Source of the DNA: Ruditapes philippinarum | Lineage: Eukaryota | Assembly (NCBI RefSeq): GCF_026571515.1 | Contig: NW_026861878.1 | Location: forward strand, 1 to 64,000 | Reading direction: 5' to 3' | DNA length: 64,000 bases | The notes under the pieces: model-generated | Seen by the model: only the letters and a program-made list of their open reading frames with translations | What the model was told of the DNA's origin: nothing | Databases searched by the model: none | Part shown: piece after piece, positions 62,823 to 64,000 of the stretch | Layout: each line of letters starts with the position of its first letter | Numbering within the stretch: position 1 is the first letter of the stretch | Program-made: the position numbers and the translations under genes

Positions 62823-64000
62823 TCGTCGGTGGGCTTCGAAAAGGCCCTATCTCAATTTTTGCGAAAATCGTTTTAGGTCATTTTCTTGACAAACAAACCG
62901 AGGCGCGCATTGTGCGAAAACACCCGTTTAGATAGCCAATCGGAAAGTGAATTTATTGCCATGTGAGAAAAAGACGTATAATTTTTGGATGAAAAATTTG
63001 TTCCGTATTTGTGTAATATAATTAAACCAACCAAATTTATAACCTACCTGTACCGATCGGTAATTTTCAGATATCTGCCATCACTGCAGTGATCTGCCAT
63101 CACTGCCGCCGGTAATACGGTGTGATTAGGTGATTCTGAGTGTCTATACTGTATCCCAAGTCACGGATATTAAAATTATGTATTGAACGGCGCATGGTCA
63201 CGACACGAGAATCTATCCCTTTTCTGTATGTTTGCATACATGTGCGTGTATCTTTTTTATACATGCCTATCAAATATACTCATATTGTTTACTGCACTGT
63301 GTCTCTCCAATTTCCGTTTTCGAGGATGACAAGACTTTTTGCCGGCCAGAATTCATTATATGCGTACTGCATGTTATAGGTTTATTTATATTTTAAGTTT
63401 CTATATTTCGTTCTAAAAAAGGTCTATCTTTTCCATTTTCGCCCCATTTCACCCCCTTTAAAATGAATTTAAAATGCCTCAATATTAAAAAAAAACGATT
63501 CCAGATAAGGGGCCCTTTTTGTATTTTTAAACCCGCCCGTTACCCACCTTATATGATTAAAGCTTCAGATCCCCAAAAGGGAACAAACGACCTTTTTTTA
63601 TTGAGTTATCTGGCTTTAAAAATTTTGTTTAGGGGGCTGGGGACGCCTGCAACAAGGGGGGACCTTTAACTAGGGGGCCCTATATCGGGGCAGGGGGACC
63701 TTTACCGAGACGAGGACCTAAATTTTAAAAAAAATTTTTAAAAGTGGGCTAAAGTAATAAAATTTTTAAATTATTTATTTTTTTTCTTCCTTTTAATTTT
63801 TTCAATGCAATATAAAAAATAAAAAAAATTTAAAAAAATTTTAAAATTTTTGTAATTGAATATTAATTTGCTGAATGGACGATGTCACTCGAGACGAAAG
63901 TATTTAATTGTGGATGATTTTGGTATTCTTTATAATATTTCAATTTAAACCTTTCTATGTAACATATGAAACATATATATACTGAACCAAAAAAAAAAGG

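Noticed and set aside
63400-63870. Unusual homopolymer-rich or G-quadruplex element
   Set aside because: Looks like error-prone sequence, a garbled copy of the 59112-59240 repeat.

Overview
Eukaryotic, AT-rich, intron-containing genomic DNA; the repeat families and gene types suggest a bivalve mollusc (inference). Genes reconstructed from GT-AG splice sites and reading frame: (1) a 2-exon, 939-aa secretin-family (Methuselah/adhesion-like) GPCR on the minus strand; (2) a tandem array of three intact 7-exon Shiftless (SHFL/C19orf66/RyDEN) homologues on the plus strand (296, 303 and 395 aa) that differ in a zinc-ligand motif and in a Gly/Asn/Arg/Asp repeat insertion; (3) MCEE (minus) head-to-head with (4) metaxin-1 (plus). 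Interspersed are a decayed Gypsy LTR retrotransposon, mariner and LINE remnants, Penelope-like 3' remnants, several MITEs, a Helentron-associated element and minisatellites. The two most notable observations are the diversified SHFL array and a circularly permuted twister-ribozyme-like fold at 60951-61061, with a decayed copy at about 435-542, in the 3' region of a retroelement remnant. All protein and RNA family assignments come from remembered motifs; no database searches were run.
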